64,000 nt of DNA from an uncultured Gammaproteobacteria bacterium (GTDB lineage: Bacteria > Patescibacteriota > Microgenomatia > CAZETR01 > Amesbacteraceae). The notes under the pieces were generated by a model. The model did not search any database. It saw nothing but the letters and a program-made list of their open reading frames with translations, and was not told the origin of the DNA. Shown here in pieces: positions 37,547-47,414 of the stretch; position 1 is the first letter of the stretch, and each line of letters opens with the position of its first letter. Where the stretch lies: the NCBI GenBank assembly GCA_964543035.1, contig CAZIVL010000002.1, positions 150,948-214,947 on the forward strand, given 5' to 3'. Position numbers and translations under genes: made by a program.

Positions 37547-38935
37547 ATGTCTGACACCTCATTGGATCCCGTGGCTACGGATGCGTCCGTATCTGACACT
37601 ACTTCTGGAATCGCCCCGAAATCGGTGATGCGACCTGGTGTGGTGCGGGTCATCGGCCGAGTGGCTCCCAGACAAAATAATTATCCTCAGCAAAATCAAA
37701 ATCAGAGCCAGTCATATCAATCCAGACCGCAAAACAATTATCGACCTAGACCTCAGATGAATCAAAATTACAACAACAACCCAGCCCCCGTACCCATGAT
37801 GAATGAGCGAGTGCTTCCAGATGCGGATCTACCGACTGAGTTTGTCGAAGGATTTTTGGACGTCACACCCGATGGACATGGATATCTAAGGCCCAAGATG
37901 GTGCCGTCTTCTAAAGATGTCTATATCTCGTCCTCACAAGTACGCAGATTTAATCTGAGACCGGGAGACATGGTAGGGGGACAAGCTCGAGAGCCTAAAG
38001 ACAATGAGAGATATTGGGGACTTCTCAAGGTCGAAAAAGTCAATGGAGTGACTCCTGAGGAAGCAGCGACCAGACCGGAGTTTGAGCATATGACTGCTGT
38101 GTTTCCGGATAGTCAACTCATGCTTGAGACCAAGCCGGAGATGCTCGCGACCCGAATAATTGATTTGATTGCACCAATTGGTAAGGGTCAGCGCGGAATA
38201 ATTGTCGCTCAGCCGAAAGCCGGAAAGACATGGCTCTTGCGAGAAATATCCGAGGCCTTGTCTGAAAACTATCCTGACATGCACCTCATGGCAGTCCTCA
38301 TTGGAGAAAGACCAGAAGAAGTTACCGAGATCACCCGAAGCCTTAAAGGAGAAGTAGCTGCGTCGCATTTTGACGAGCCGCCTTTGGAACAGGTGAGGAT
38401 CGCGGAACTGGCTCTGGAACGAGCTAAGAGGCTGGTGGAAATGGGTAAAGACGTATTTATCCTTCTGGACTCCATTACGAGACTAGCTCGGGCTTATAAC
38501 TTGATTTCTTCCGGATCTTCTCGAATGCTGTCGGGAGGATTTTCGGCAGAAGCCATATATCCTGCTAAGAAAGCCTTTGGGGCAGCTCGCAAATTTGAAG
38601 AAGGTGGGTCTCTCACTATCTTGGGGACGGCTCTGGTTGACACAGGATCTCGTATGGATGATCTGATCTATGAAGAGTTTAAGGGTACTGGCAACATGGA
38701 GCTGCACCTGGACCGCAGATTGGCTGATAGACGGGTGTTTCCGGCCTTTGAGCTACTGAAGTCGGGTACCCGCGGAGAAGAGAAGCTGTTGGGTGACAGG
38801 TATGACAAGATCTTGCAGCTGCGTCGCATGCTGGATCTTCTGGGTGAAGAAGAGCGCACAGAGCTACTCATTGCCAAGATGAAAAAGACCAAGACAAATG
38901 AAGAGTTTTTGAATTCACTTACTAAGTCTGGATAA
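37547..38935 (+). CDS. rho: Transcription termination factor Rho with Q/N-rich N-terminal extension
   Basis: [54 protein letters not shown]. Confidence 0.97.
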   Translation: MSDTSLDPVATDASVSDTTSGIAPKSVMRPGVVRVIGRVAPRQNNYPQQNQNQSQSYQSRPQNNYRPRPQMNQNYNNNPAPVPMMNERVLPDADLPTEFVEGFLDVTPDGHGYLRPKMVPSSKDVYISSSQVRRFNLRPGDMVGGQAREPKDNERYWGLLKVEKVNGVTPEEAATRPEFEHMTAVFPDSQLMLETKPEMLATRIIDLIAPIGKGQRGIIVAQPKAGKTWLLREISEALSENYPDMHLMAVLIGERPEEVTEITRSLKGEVAASHFDEPPLEQVRIAELALERAKRLVEMGKDVFILLDSITRLARAYNLISSGSSRMLSGGFSAEAIYPAKKAFGAARKFEEGGSLTILGTALVDTGSRMDDLIYEEFKGTGNMELHLDRRLADRRVFPAFELLKSGTRGEEKLLGDRYDKILQLRRMLDLLGEEERTELLIAKMKKTKTNEEFLNSLTKSG

Positions 38936-38949
38936 TTTTTAACGATTTT

Positions 38950-39115
38950 GTTCATTCTTTTGCTTGTCCAAAAGAACGAACCAAGAAAAAGACCCCTCAG
39001 GCTCGCTACAAATTCTTCGCAAGACTGGAATAGTGCCCCGCCTATGGGCGGGGCCTACTCTCCAGATCAAGGAAGCTTGCTTGAATTTGTTTTACGCTCC
39101 CGCTTCGGGATGTTA
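38950..39115. repeat. Structured intergenic repeat-like element between convergent genes
   Basis: TTCTTTTG-CTTGTC-CAAAAGAA hairpin; CTGGA..GCCCCGCC-TAT-GGGCGGGGC..TCCAG; TCCCG-CTT-CGGGA. Confidence 0.55.
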
Positions 39116-39117
39116 AT

Positions 39118-39369
39118 TTAGGAATTATGACGTGTAGTATTTCGAACTTGATTGGCAATTTCTACTATTTCAACAGGAATTCTCCCTGCTTCGGCTAAAT
39201 CCATAAAAGCGACCGCTGTTCTGGAAAAGTCTTCATCGTCGGCTGCTAAAGCTGCACGCTGTGCATAATCTGCAAAATTGAATTGAGGATCTGGAAAATT
39301 ACCCTCTTGTTCAGAGTTTGAAGCTCGTCTTGCCATCGATTCGATTTTTTGTAAATTGGTGCGACTCAT
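39118..39369 (-). CDS. Hypothetical protein downstream of an attenuator
   Basis: 83 aa; strong SD GGAGGTGA. Confidence 0.7.
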   Translation of the reverse strand: MSRTNLQKIESMARRASNSEQEGNFPDPQFNFADYAQRAALAADDEDFSRTAVAFMDLAEAGRIPVEIVEIANQVRNTTRHNS

Positions 39370-39390
39370 AAAATCACCTCCTCTCCCACT

Positions 39391-39413
39391 AAAAAACCCG
39401 CCTTTTGCGGGTT
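39391..39413 (-). terminator. Attenuator terminator
   Basis: Minus strand AACCCGC-AAAAG-GCGGGTT-TTTT directly upstream of the SD. Confidence 0.8.
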
Positions 39414-39436
39414 AATTTGTAAATGAGAAACGAATA

Positions 39437-39502
39437 TTACCTCACATGCAAACTACCCCGCTGTGCGGGTACTAGTAGCAAGTTGAGGTTTTGGGCGTAC
39501 AT
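39437..39502 (-). CDS. Putative leader peptide MYAQNLNLLLVPAQRGSLHVR
   Basis: 21-aa uORF with TTG CTA CTA GTA codons abutting segment 1 of an alternative hairpin set. Confidence 0.6.
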   Translation of the reverse strand: MYAQNLNLLLVPAQRGSLHVR

Positions 39503-39575
39503 AGCTTTGTGATTGAGGCAAATTTTACCGTGGGTCTTGATGCAAGTAAAGTAGAGGGCGTAAAATCCACAAATT

Positions 39576-39986
39576 ATGTGGAAGGATAAGGTCACAAAAC
39601 TGTTTGAAACTGAGCGGGAGTTACTAGTGCGAGCTCGGGATCATGCCAAGGCGACACGTGACAGCGCGCCGACTGCTAATGAATCTCATTCGGATACTAC
39701 TAGATCTGAGCATGAGAAATTGGTGTCTGCACTAGATGAGCAGATATGGCTACTTGATCAAGGGATGAAGTCTCTGGAAAAAAGTGAAGTGGGATATTTT
39801 GAAATCAATAACGGGGGGACAAAGATGAAACTGGTAGTTGTGCCAGAAGGTATGGGAGGCAAGAAAATTGACGATGTACAGGTCATATCCGTGACTACTC
39901 CACTGGGGGTCGTCTTGAAGGGACAAGTGGCGGGTGCTACAGTAGATCTCAATGGGAGAAAGGTCGAGATACTAGATGCGAAATGA
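39576..39986 (+). CDS. GreA/GreB-like protein
   Basis: N-terminal coiled coil with ESHSDT tip; C-terminal ISVTTPLGVVLKGQVAG. Confidence 0.75.
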   Translation: MWKDKVTKLFETERELLVRARDHAKATRDSAPTANESHSDTTRSEHEKLVSALDEQIWLLDQGMKSLEKSEVGYFEINNGGTKMKLVVVPEGMGGKKIDDVQVISVTTPLGVVLKGQVAGATVDLNGRKVEILDAK

Positions 39987-40224
39987 TGGAGTGGCTTTTT
40001 GGTTTGTGATGCTACTGATAATTGCGGGAGTAGTGTGGGGGACTGTGATTGTAAGGAATTGGGGGAATGAATATGAAGGACAGATGTGTTCTGACTTGGG
40101 TCCACATTGTCCAGGAGGATATAGCTGTGTATCTGGGAAGTGTAATTTTGTGGTGGATCTAACTGGCCTCAACAAGTTTTTTGACGAGATCCTCAAGGTG
40201 CCAGCCGCGGCTGGACTTGATTAG
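39976..40224 (+). CDS. Small membrane protein with a 4-Cys mini-domain
   Basis: TM followed by CSDLGPHCPGGYSCVSGKC. Confidence 0.55.
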   Translation: MRNDGVAFWFVMLLIIAGVVWGTVIVRNWGNEYEGQMCSDLGPHCPGGYSCVSGKCNFVVDLTGLNKFFDEILKVPAAAGLD

Positions 40225-41274
40225 TATCAAGTATTTTGTATCTAGTATTTTGTATATTGCATTGTAAAGATCTGATGGATTGTCGAAATAATGGCCTAGG
40301 CCTGCGTATTTGATAGTGTGTTTGGTTGCGGGGCCCAAACAATATAAATGTTTAATGTTTAATGATTTAATTTTTAGTCCGATTTCTTCGTGGGCAGATT
40401 TCTCGTACTGGCCTAATTCATTCATTTGGCCGAAGACGAAGACGGGAGTTTTTTTGAGCTTCTTTGCGGTTTCGATGAGAGCTGTGAGAGCTTCACGAGT
40501 GGCCAAAGGATTGGCATTGTATGTATCGTCGATGATGTAACCGCCGTTTTGAAGCTTGATGAGATTCATGCGGTGAGGAGGAGGGGTGAAAGTTGTAAGT
40601 TGTTGGTTGTAAGTTGTTGGTGAGACACCTAATAGCTCGGCGGTTTTGGCTGCAAGCGAGGCATTGAGTTTGAAATGATTTCCGATAAGAGTAGCTGGTA
40701 GCTGATAGTCTTTAGTCTTTAGCTTTATAACCTGGCCAGTCGTGTTGATTTCAATATTTGGATCAGAGTCGGGAATGATCAGATACTTGGCATTTTTTCC
40801 AATGAGACCCTTTTCATGAGCGACTGTTTTGAGATCCCCAAAGTGGAGAGTATGAGTAAGATTGACGGCGGTAATGATGGCAATATCTGGTCTGGCGAGC
40901 CAAGTATAAAAAGTCATATCTCCGATGTATTCCACACCCATTTCTAGAATGAGATATCTGGTGGCTGGGGTGCAGCGAAGGATGGTAGTGGGAATGTTGT
41001 AAGTCGGAGTGATATTGGCTGTGGTGGCCACTGTGGGGCCCTGGGAGGCTAGGATTGAGGCCAGCATGTCCTTGGTGGTCGTCTTGCCCACAGAGCCAGT
41101 AATGGCGATGACTTGGAGGCCGAAGAGGTTTTGGAGAAGCCAGAGGTAATATTTGGCCAATCTACGTTTGATAGGGTGAAAGAACCAATGGTTGAGGGGA
41201 TTGGGCTTGGGGGAGGGGAAAATCTCTTCTTTTGGCAGAGGCCCAAGCCAGATACGAATCAGATTCAAGAGCAT
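40159..41274 (-). CDS. murF: UDP-MurNAc-tripeptide--D-Ala-D-Ala ligase (lacks N-terminal domain)
   Basis: ITGSVGKTTTKD, LEMG, DDTYNANP, GQMNELG, LIKSSRG. Confidence 0.9.
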   Translation of the reverse strand: MLLNLIRIWLGPLPKEEIFPSPKPNPLNHWFFHPIKRRLAKYYLWLLQNLFGLQVIAITGSVGKTTTKDMLASILASQGPTVATTANITPTYNIPTTILRCTPATRYLILEMGVEYIGDMTFYTWLARPDIAIITAVNLTHTLHFGDLKTVAHEKGLIGKNAKYLIIPDSDPNIEINTTGQVIKLKTKDYQLPATLIGNHFKLNASLAAKTAELLGVSPTTYNQQLTTFTPPPHRMNLIKLQNGGYIIDDTYNANPLATREALTALIETAKKLKKTPVFVFGQMNELGQYEKSAHEEIGLKIKSLNIKHLYCLGPATKHTIKYAGLGHYFDNPSDLYNAIYKILDTKYLILIKSSRGWHLEDLVKKLVEAS

Positions 41275-41305
41275 TGTATAGCCATTATATAATGGTTCGA
41301 CAATG
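41272..41305. promoter_or_regulatory. Palindromic bidirectional promoter for murF/ddl
   Basis: CATTGT-ATAG-CCATTATATAATGG-TTCG-ACAATG; TATAAT on both strands, each 9 nt from an ATG. Confidence 0.7.
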
Positions 41306-42250
41306 AGAAAGCTGAGAGTAGGTTTGGTGTTTGGGGGCAAATCGGGAGAACACGAGGTGTCAGTAAGATCGGCGGAGTCGATACGAAATAGTTTGGACAA
41401 ATCTAAATATGAAGTTATAGATATTTTTGTGAATAAAGATGGTCAATTTGAAATGGACAAGTTAAAGAGAGTCGACGTGGTGTTTTCAATTATTCATGGA
41501 ACTTACGGGGAGGATGGAAGTTTGCAGGGACTACTTGAGATGCTGGATGTGGCGTATGTAGGAGCGGGAGTGCTGGGATCGGCTGTCGGGATGGATAAGG
41601 ATGTGCAAAAGAGACTAATGTCCCAAGCAGGAATTGCCGTGGCTAAGTCTTGGGTAATTAAAAAACCTCAAAAATTGAGAGTAAAGTTTCCAGTGTATGT
41701 AAAGCCTGTAAATATGGGTTCGTCAGTTGGAGTGAGTAAGGCCAAAGATGAGAAAAGCCTGGGGGAGGCAATTAAAGAAGCATTTAGATATGACACAAAA
41801 GTAATAATTGAAGAAGAGGTGAGGGGGAGAGAGATAGAAGTGTCAGTATTGGGCAACGAAGACCCCATTGCGTCTGTGCCGGGGGAAATAGTTCCGGTGG
41901 GGCATGAGTTTTATGACTATGAGGCTAAGTATCTGGATGAAAATGGGGCGAGATTGGAAATTCCTGCTAAGTTGCAATGGTCCAAAGTGGCAGAGGTACA
42001 AAGGGTTGCGATTAAAGCCTACAAAACTTTGGAGTGCTGTGGGATGGCCAGGGTGGATATGTTTTTGACATCGACTGGGAAAATAGTCGTGAATGAAATA
42101 AACACTCTGCCGGGATTTACTAGTATATCCATGTATCCGAAACTGTGGGAAGCATCAGGATTGTCTTACTCAAAATTGTTGGATCGATTAATCGAACTGG
42201 CGATTGAGAAGAAGAGACAGAAGGACAAGCTAAAAAGAAGCTATAATTAA
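41303..42250 (+). CDS. ddl: D-alanine--D-alanine ligase
   Basis: FGGKSGEHEVS, HGTYGEDG, GSSVG, FYDYEAKY, NEINTLPG. Confidence 0.97.
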   Translation: MRKLRVGLVFGGKSGEHEVSVRSAESIRNSLDKSKYEVIDIFVNKDGQFEMDKLKRVDVVFSIIHGTYGEDGSLQGLLEMLDVAYVGAGVLGSAVGMDKDVQKRLMSQAGIAVAKSWVIKKPQKLRVKFPVYVKPVNMGSSVGVSKAKDEKSLGEAIKEAFRYDTKVIIEEEVRGREIEVSVLGNEDPIASVPGEIVPVGHEFYDYEAKYLDENGARLEIPAKLQWSKVAEVQRVAIKAYKTLECCGMARVDMFLTSTGKIVVNEINTLPGFTSISMYPKLWEASGLSYSKLLDRLIELAIEKKRQKDKLKRSYN

Positions 42251-42690
42251 GTTTGTTGTTTCGGAAGTACCATTTTGAGAGCAGCTATTGCAATTTCGTG
42301 ACCTTCTGCCCGTTGTCTATTGTCCCATTGTTGTTCTCTGGTAAGTGCTTGGAGTCTCATGAGGCCGTTTGAGAATTCGTAGGTTTCTAACTCGGGCATT
42401 TCAGATCTAAGAAGAGTCTCTTGCACCCTGGAAAGAGTTTCACCCGTTCTGCGGTCGTCGTTGAACCAGGTTCCAGCGATGCCATTATATTCTTCAGTCT
42501 GTACTTTGCAGCGCTTCAAAGCGTTTTCATGAGCTTGCAGCAATAATTCATTTTTGGCCTGAGGGGATAATTCAACTAAGTTTAAAATTGTTTGTAAGGC
42601 TTCAACTTGACCGATGGCTGCAAGATTCCCTGCTGCGGCTTCTAATCGATTATAGACCTGTTCTGGTGTGTATCTCTGATCCTCTGCCAT
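42247..42690 (-). CDS. Hypothetical helical protein
   Basis: 147 aa; TACAAT 6 nt before ATG. Confidence 0.6.
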   Translation of the reverse strand: MAEDQRYTPEQVYNRLEAAAGNLAAIGQVEALQTILNLVELSPQAKNELLLQAHENALKRCKVQTEEYNGIAGTWFNDDRRTGETLSRVQETLLRSEMPELETYEFSNGLMRLQALTREQQWDNRQRAEGHEIAIAALKMVLPKQQT

Positions 42691-42707
42691 TGCACTATTG
42701 TATCATT

Positions 42708-43724
42708 TTAAACTACTTTTACCTCATACTCGAGATTTATGTCAAAATTCGTTTTGATGTCCTGTCGCATTAGTTCGGCATATTCACAGATCTCCTGACC
42801 AGTGGCTCCGCCGAGATTGATCACATACAAAGCTTGGTTAGGTGAGGTGGAGACACGTCCTACAGTTTTACCTTTCCAGCCTAGAACGTCTAGCAATTTT
42901 CCTGCTGGAATCTTTACTTTTTCTGGTAAGTTTTGATCAGACACATACTCTAACTTTTCTTGTGGGTACCACTGAAGTCCGGGGATGTTTGAAGCCAGAA
43001 GCTGGTATTTTTCTTTCGTCACAACAGGATTTTTGAAAAAGCTGCCTGCGGTACCTATCGATTCGGGATTAGGTAGTTTTGAATTTCTGATTTTTAGTAT
43101 TGTGTCATAAACGTCTTTCAGGGTCGGATTATCTATCTTTGCTAATTCGGACTGGAGAGAGACGCGACTGTCAAAATAGCTGGCGTTTATTTGAGGATTT
43201 TTTGAGAGTCTGTAAACTACGTTTGTAATCAGAAAGTTTGGCTGGTGTTTGAAGAGGCTAGTTCGGTAATCGAACTCACATTTTGAATTTGTAAGGACTA
43301 AACCTTTTTTGCTCACGACATCGAAAACACTGACATTTTGAATTACATCTTGTTGGTTGCCACCATAGGCTGCGATGTTTCCAGCCACTGCTCCGCCAAT
43401 TGTACTGGGGATGCCGGCCATGTTTTCTAAGCCTGAGAGATTTTGATCCACAGACCAAGTTACTAGATCTTGCCAGTTTTCTCCTGCTGCTACCTCGATG
43501 TCCACATAATCAGCGGTTTCTTTGACTGTCTTGCGACCTTTTAAATTGATTTTGATAACAGTCCCTGGAAAATCGTGGGTGAATAAGATATTTGCACCGA
43601 GTCCTAAGAACAGGAAGGGCTCGGAGGGGTTGATCTGGGTAAGATCAGAATGGTCATTTATTTCGAGAAAATTTTTGGTGTGAGCTGAGACGTGGAGAGT
43701 GTTGAGGTGTGATAAATCAAACAT
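42708..43724 (-). CDS. murB: UDP-N-acetylmuramate dehydrogenase
   Basis: GLGANIL, GIPSTIGGA..GNIAAYG, YRTSLF, AGSFFKNP, LEYEV. Confidence 0.95.
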   Translation of the reverse strand: MFDLSHLNTLHVSAHTKNFLEINDHSDLTQINPSEPFLFLGLGANILFTHDFPGTVIKINLKGRKTVKETADYVDIEVAAGENWQDLVTWSVDQNLSGLENMAGIPSTIGGAVAGNIAAYGGNQQDVIQNVSVFDVVSKKGLVLTNSKCEFDYRTSLFKHQPNFLITNVVYRLSKNPQINASYFDSRVSLQSELAKIDNPTLKDVYDTILKIRNSKLPNPESIGTAGSFFKNPVVTKEKYQLLASNIPGLQWYPQEKLEYVSDQNLPEKVKIPAGKLLDVLGWKGKTVGRVSTSPNQALYVINLGGATGQEICEYAELMRQDIKTNFDINLEYEVKVV

Positions 43725-45014
43725 TTAGACCTCCTCGATGCTGGCTCCTAAGGAAATGAGATTTTTTACAAAGTTTGGGTGGCCGCGGTGGAGTGAGTCA
43801 GCATTTTTGATTGTAGTTTCGCCCTCTGCAATGAACGCCGCCATACACATGCTGATTACAGCTCGGATGATGTAAGGGGCTTCGAGGGTAGCGCCTGATA
43901 GTTTGTTGCCACCGGCGACTATGACTCGGTGAGGGTCGCACATAGTGAGGTTGGCGCCCATTTTTAGAAACTCTGAAGTCCAGAATAAACCTGATTCGTA
44001 CATCCAGTTGTGAAAAAGAGCTGTGCCTGTGGGAGAGGCGAGAGCTAGAGGAATAAAAAGGGGAAGCATGTCTACGGGAAGCGCTGGCCATGGTTGAGCT
44101 CTCACGATCATGGCTGAATCGGTCCTGGTGATTTTTGGATGTTGATTTGGATCTAGTATGGCTGTGTCATTTTCGTAGCGAATGTTGATGCCGAATTTGG
44201 CAAATTCACGATTGATAGAAATAAACTGTTCTGGAATGGCATTTGAAACTGAAACCCCCCCACCTGTTAATGCTCCAAGACTTAAGAAAGTACTGATCTC
44301 ATAATGATCGGAGATAACGTGATGATCTACTGGCGAGAGCGTGTGACCCCCATCGATTGTGATGACACTACTGCCGATGCCCTGGATTTTGGCCCCACAT
44401 TTGTTTAGAAAATTGCACAGGTCTTGGACATTGGGTTCAGTGGCGGCATTGAAAATGGTGGTAATCCCCGGAAGGCTGGTAGCAAACATAATGACGTTTT
44501 CGGTGACTGTGGGGCTGGTCTCTAAAAGCCAGATGAGTCCTGACTTGGCAGAAGATGAATCTAACACTACACGATTTTCTTCAGCTTTGACCTTGACCCC
44601 CAAGTCCTCAAAAGCTTGGTAGTGAGCGTCTATGGGCCTGGCTCCTAAGGTGCATCCAGCTGGCTGCTCTGAGCTCTCGGCTTTTTTGAAACGAGCCAGA
44701 AGTGGTCCCCAGAGAAGAGTAGTGCCGCGAATGCCTTTGGTCGTGGCTAAGCCCTCTTGGCTAACTGAATTGTGGGAAACCTGAGAGTTGTCTATGGTCA
44801 CCGTCTGGGTGGGTTTGTCCCAGACGATTTTGCTACCCAGTTGTGTAAGAATCTCGATTAGACGGGTGACGTCTGTAATGTCAGGGACATTGGTATACGT
44901 GACTGGCTTGTCGAACAAAAGTGAGGCAGGAATGAGAGCAACTATGGAATTTTTTGAACCTGATGGAGTAATTTTTCCTGAAATAACCTGACCACCTTTG
45001 ATCTTAATATCCAT
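43725..45014 (-). CDS. murA: UDP-N-acetylglucosamine 1-carboxyvinyltransferase
   Basis: SGSKNS, PAGCTLGARPID.H, ATEP, PWP, RGH. Confidence 0.95.
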   Translation of the reverse strand: MDIKIKGGQVISGKITPSGSKNSIVALIPASLLFDKPVTYTNVPDITDVTRLIEILTQLGSKIVWDKPTQTVTIDNSQVSHNSVSQEGLATTKGIRGTTLLWGPLLARFKKAESSEQPAGCTLGARPIDAHYQAFEDLGVKVKAEENRVVLDSSSAKSGLIWLLETSPTVTENVIMFATSLPGITTIFNAATEPNVQDLCNFLNKCGAKIQGIGSSVITIDGGHTLSPVDHHVISDHYEISTFLSLGALTGGGVSVSNAIPEQFISINREFAKFGINIRYENDTAILDPNQHPKITRTDSAMIVRAQPWPALPVDMLPLFIPLALASPTGTALFHNWMYESGLFWTSEFLKMGANLTMCDPHRVIVAGGNKLSGATLEAPYIIRAVISMCMAAFIAEGETTIKNADSLHRGHPNFVKNLISLGASIEEV

Positions 45015-45024
45015 GGGAGATTTA

Positions 45025-45237
45025 TTATACGTGTTTGATCAAGGAGAAAAGAGGACCTTGTTTATATGCCTGACTGTCTTGAGGGGAAAGTAGTGCGTGT
45101 ATTGCACACACAACTGGGATAACTGTTACATCGTATGAACCGGCGTCGGGTTGTTCTCCCTGAGATGCGCATATTGGACATTGATTTATAGTTTGCAGGG
45201 GTTTGTGTACTTTTGGACCAAGATCAGGGCTTGTCAT
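45025..45237 (-). CDS. Small CxxC/CxxH zinc-finger-like protein
   Basis: MTSPDLG...CPIC...VCAIH; TAAAAT 7 nt before ATG. Confidence 0.45.
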   Translation of the reverse strand: MTSPDLGPKVHKPLQTINQCPICASQGEQPDAGSYDVTVIPVVCAIHALLSPQDSQAYKQGPLFSLIKHV

Positions 45238-45272
45238 TGTCACTATTTTACATCCTGTAGTACAATTGATCA

Positions 45273-46124
45273 ATGTCGCCTGAAGGTGAATCTGGAGAAA
45301 AGCTGAGAGCCTCGGTGGAGAAATACAGGAATTTGAGGCCATTGAACTTAGTGCCAGGTGTACAGTACGGTTTCTCTGATGCTTCGTTTGGGAATATGGC
45401 TTATTCGAAAGCAGATCAGTGGCCAGGACAAGATGTTGGCGCAAATAGACGCAGGTTTGCACAAATTGCCGGTTTTGATGAGAAGGATATGGTTGTGATG
45501 TCTCCGGTGCACGGATTGAACATATTAAATGTTGGCCGAGACGATATTGGAAAGAATTTGCCAGTTGCCGATGGACTGATTACGACAGAACCAAACGTTG
45601 TCTTGGGACTGTGTCCGGCCGATTGTGGACCAATACTTATTTCTAATAGAAATGCCGATTTTGTTGCATTGCTACATGCCGGATTACAAGGGGCTGAAAA
45701 AGGAATAATTTCTAAAGGGGTAAAAATGCTTGGAGAGATGGGGTTTGATCCGAGGGAAATGGTTGCAGGGGTGGGCCCTATGATAGGGTGTTATCCGGGA
45801 ACTTGGATTGATACAAACACACCCGATTTATGGATGCCTCACATAGATGTTCCAGGGGTGGGATTGTCAGGCGTGGAAGTAGTTAGGGTTGGAGAAAGTT
45901 TTAGAATTAAGCCTAAGAATTCAGGTGATGTAATGTGGGTCGAGATGCAAAATTTCTGCAGAGACGGATTGGAGAATGCTGGAATACCAAAAGAAAATAT
46001 AGGAGTTTCGGGGTTCTGTACTTCTTGTGGGGCAGAGCAAGGTACGGCTTTTTCCCATACAGTCTCTGTTCGTGACAGCAAGCCTATTGGAAGATTCTTG
46101 GCCGAAGTGGAGATTGCGCGTTAG
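45273..46124 (+). CDS. pgeF: YfiH/PgeF family peptidoglycan editing factor (laccase-like domain)
   Basis: VHG, ADGLIT, ADCGPI, LHAG..G, CTSC, FSH. Confidence 0.85.
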   Translation: MSPEGESGEKLRASVEKYRNLRPLNLVPGVQYGFSDASFGNMAYSKADQWPGQDVGANRRRFAQIAGFDEKDMVVMSPVHGLNILNVGRDDIGKNLPVADGLITTEPNVVLGLCPADCGPILISNRNADFVALLHAGLQGAEKGIISKGVKMLGEMGFDPREMVAGVGPMIGCYPGTWIDTNTPDLWMPHIDVPGVGLSGVEVVRVGESFRIKPKNSGDVMWVEMQNFCRDGLENAGIPKENIGVSGFCTSCGAEQGTAFSHTVSVRDSKPIGRFLAEVEIAR

Positions 46125-46133
46125 AATGATGAT

Positions 46134-47414
46134 ATGAAGTGGGAAGGAAGAAAAGTAGCAATTTTGGGTTGGGCAGTTGATACGCGGGATGTTTCGGATT
46201 GGCTGGCCGGGCAGGGAGCGAAGATAACGGTTTATGACAAAAAGAGTGAAATGGAAGGAAAACGAGAAGATTTTGAATGGAGGTTGGGCCAAGACGAGTT
46301 TCTTGAATTAGAGAAATTTGATGTGATTGTGAGAACGCCTGGGATTCACAGATATAGACAGGATTTGATTGATGCTGAAAAAGCTGGTGTGGAGATAACT
46401 TCAAAGACGAAAATTTTCTTTGATGTGTGTCCGGCAAAAATAATTGGTGTGACTGGTACAAAGGGTAAGGGGACAACCTCGACTTTGATTTATGAGATGT
46501 TGAAAGCTGCTGGAAAAGATGTGTACATAGCGGGGAACATCGGTTTGGGAATGTTTGATTTTTTTGACAAATTAAACTCAGAATCGTGGATGGTTTTGGA
46601 ATTGTCATCTGCTCAGCTTATGGATTTACACAAGTCACCCCATATTGCAGCAGTGGTGATGACTACTTCAGACCACTTGGATTGGCATAAATCACTGGAA
46701 GAATATTTGGACTCTAAGGCCAATCTGACTAGATATCAAAAAGATACAGATTGGACTGTTATTAACAGTGGATATGAAGGCTCAAAATGGGTGGGAAGCC
46801 AGGGGGAAGGGAAAAAGGTGTTTGTGTCCCCGGATGATTTTGTAGGAAAAATACGTATGAAGGGAGAGCATCAGAGACAGAACGTAGCTGTGGCTGCGGC
46901 AGTGGCCAAGATAGTGGGAGTCGACGAGAAGATAATTCATCTGGTGGCAGAATCTTTTAAGGGTCTCGAACATAGGCTGGAGGAAGTAGCGACCGTGAAT
47001 GGAGTAACTTATTATGATGATTCGATTTCTACTGTGCCGGAGACGGCAATTGCTGCAATAAGATCCTTTGAAGAGTCAATTGTGCTGATTGCTGGTGGAA
47101 GCGAAAAAGGATCTGATTTTTCCGAGTTGGGAAAAGAGATCGTGAAGTGTGGGCATATACGAGCTGTAATGCTGATTGGAGAGATGGCTGATCGAATTGA
47201 AAAGGCGATAGAGGAAGCGGGGGGCGGAATAAATTTAGTAAAAGGGCTAAAAAACATGCAAGATATTGTAAAGAAAACTGTAGAGTTGGCCCAACCTGGA
47301 GACGTAGTGGTCTTATCACCGGCTGCTGCGAGTTTTGATATGTTTAAGAGTTATAAAGACAGAGGAGATCAATTTAAGTCAGAGGTAAACAATCTTAAAG
47401 CGCTTGGAGAATAA
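46134..47414 (+). CDS. murD: UDP-MurNAc-L-Ala--D-Glu ligase
   Basis: VTGTKGKGTT, GNIG, ELSS, DHLDWH, DDSIST, LSPAAASFD. Confidence 0.97.
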   Translation: MKWEGRKVAILGWAVDTRDVSDWLAGQGAKITVYDKKSEMEGKREDFEWRLGQDEFLELEKFDVIVRTPGIHRYRQDLIDAEKAGVEITSKTKIFFDVCPAKIIGVTGTKGKGTTSTLIYEMLKAAGKDVYIAGNIGLGMFDFFDKLNSESWMVLELSSAQLMDLHKSPHIAAVVMTTSDHLDWHKSLEEYLDSKANLTRYQKDTDWTVINSGYEGSKWVGSQGEGKKVFVSPDDFVGKIRMKGEHQRQNVAVAAAVAKIVGVDEKIIHLVAESFKGLEHRLEEVATVNGVTYYDDSISTVPETAIAAIRSFEESIVLIAGGSEKGSDFSELGKEIVKCGHIRAVMLIGEMADRIEKAIEEAGGGINLVKGLKNMQDIVKKTVELAQPGDVVVLSPAAASFDMFKSYKDRGDQFKSEVNNLKALGE

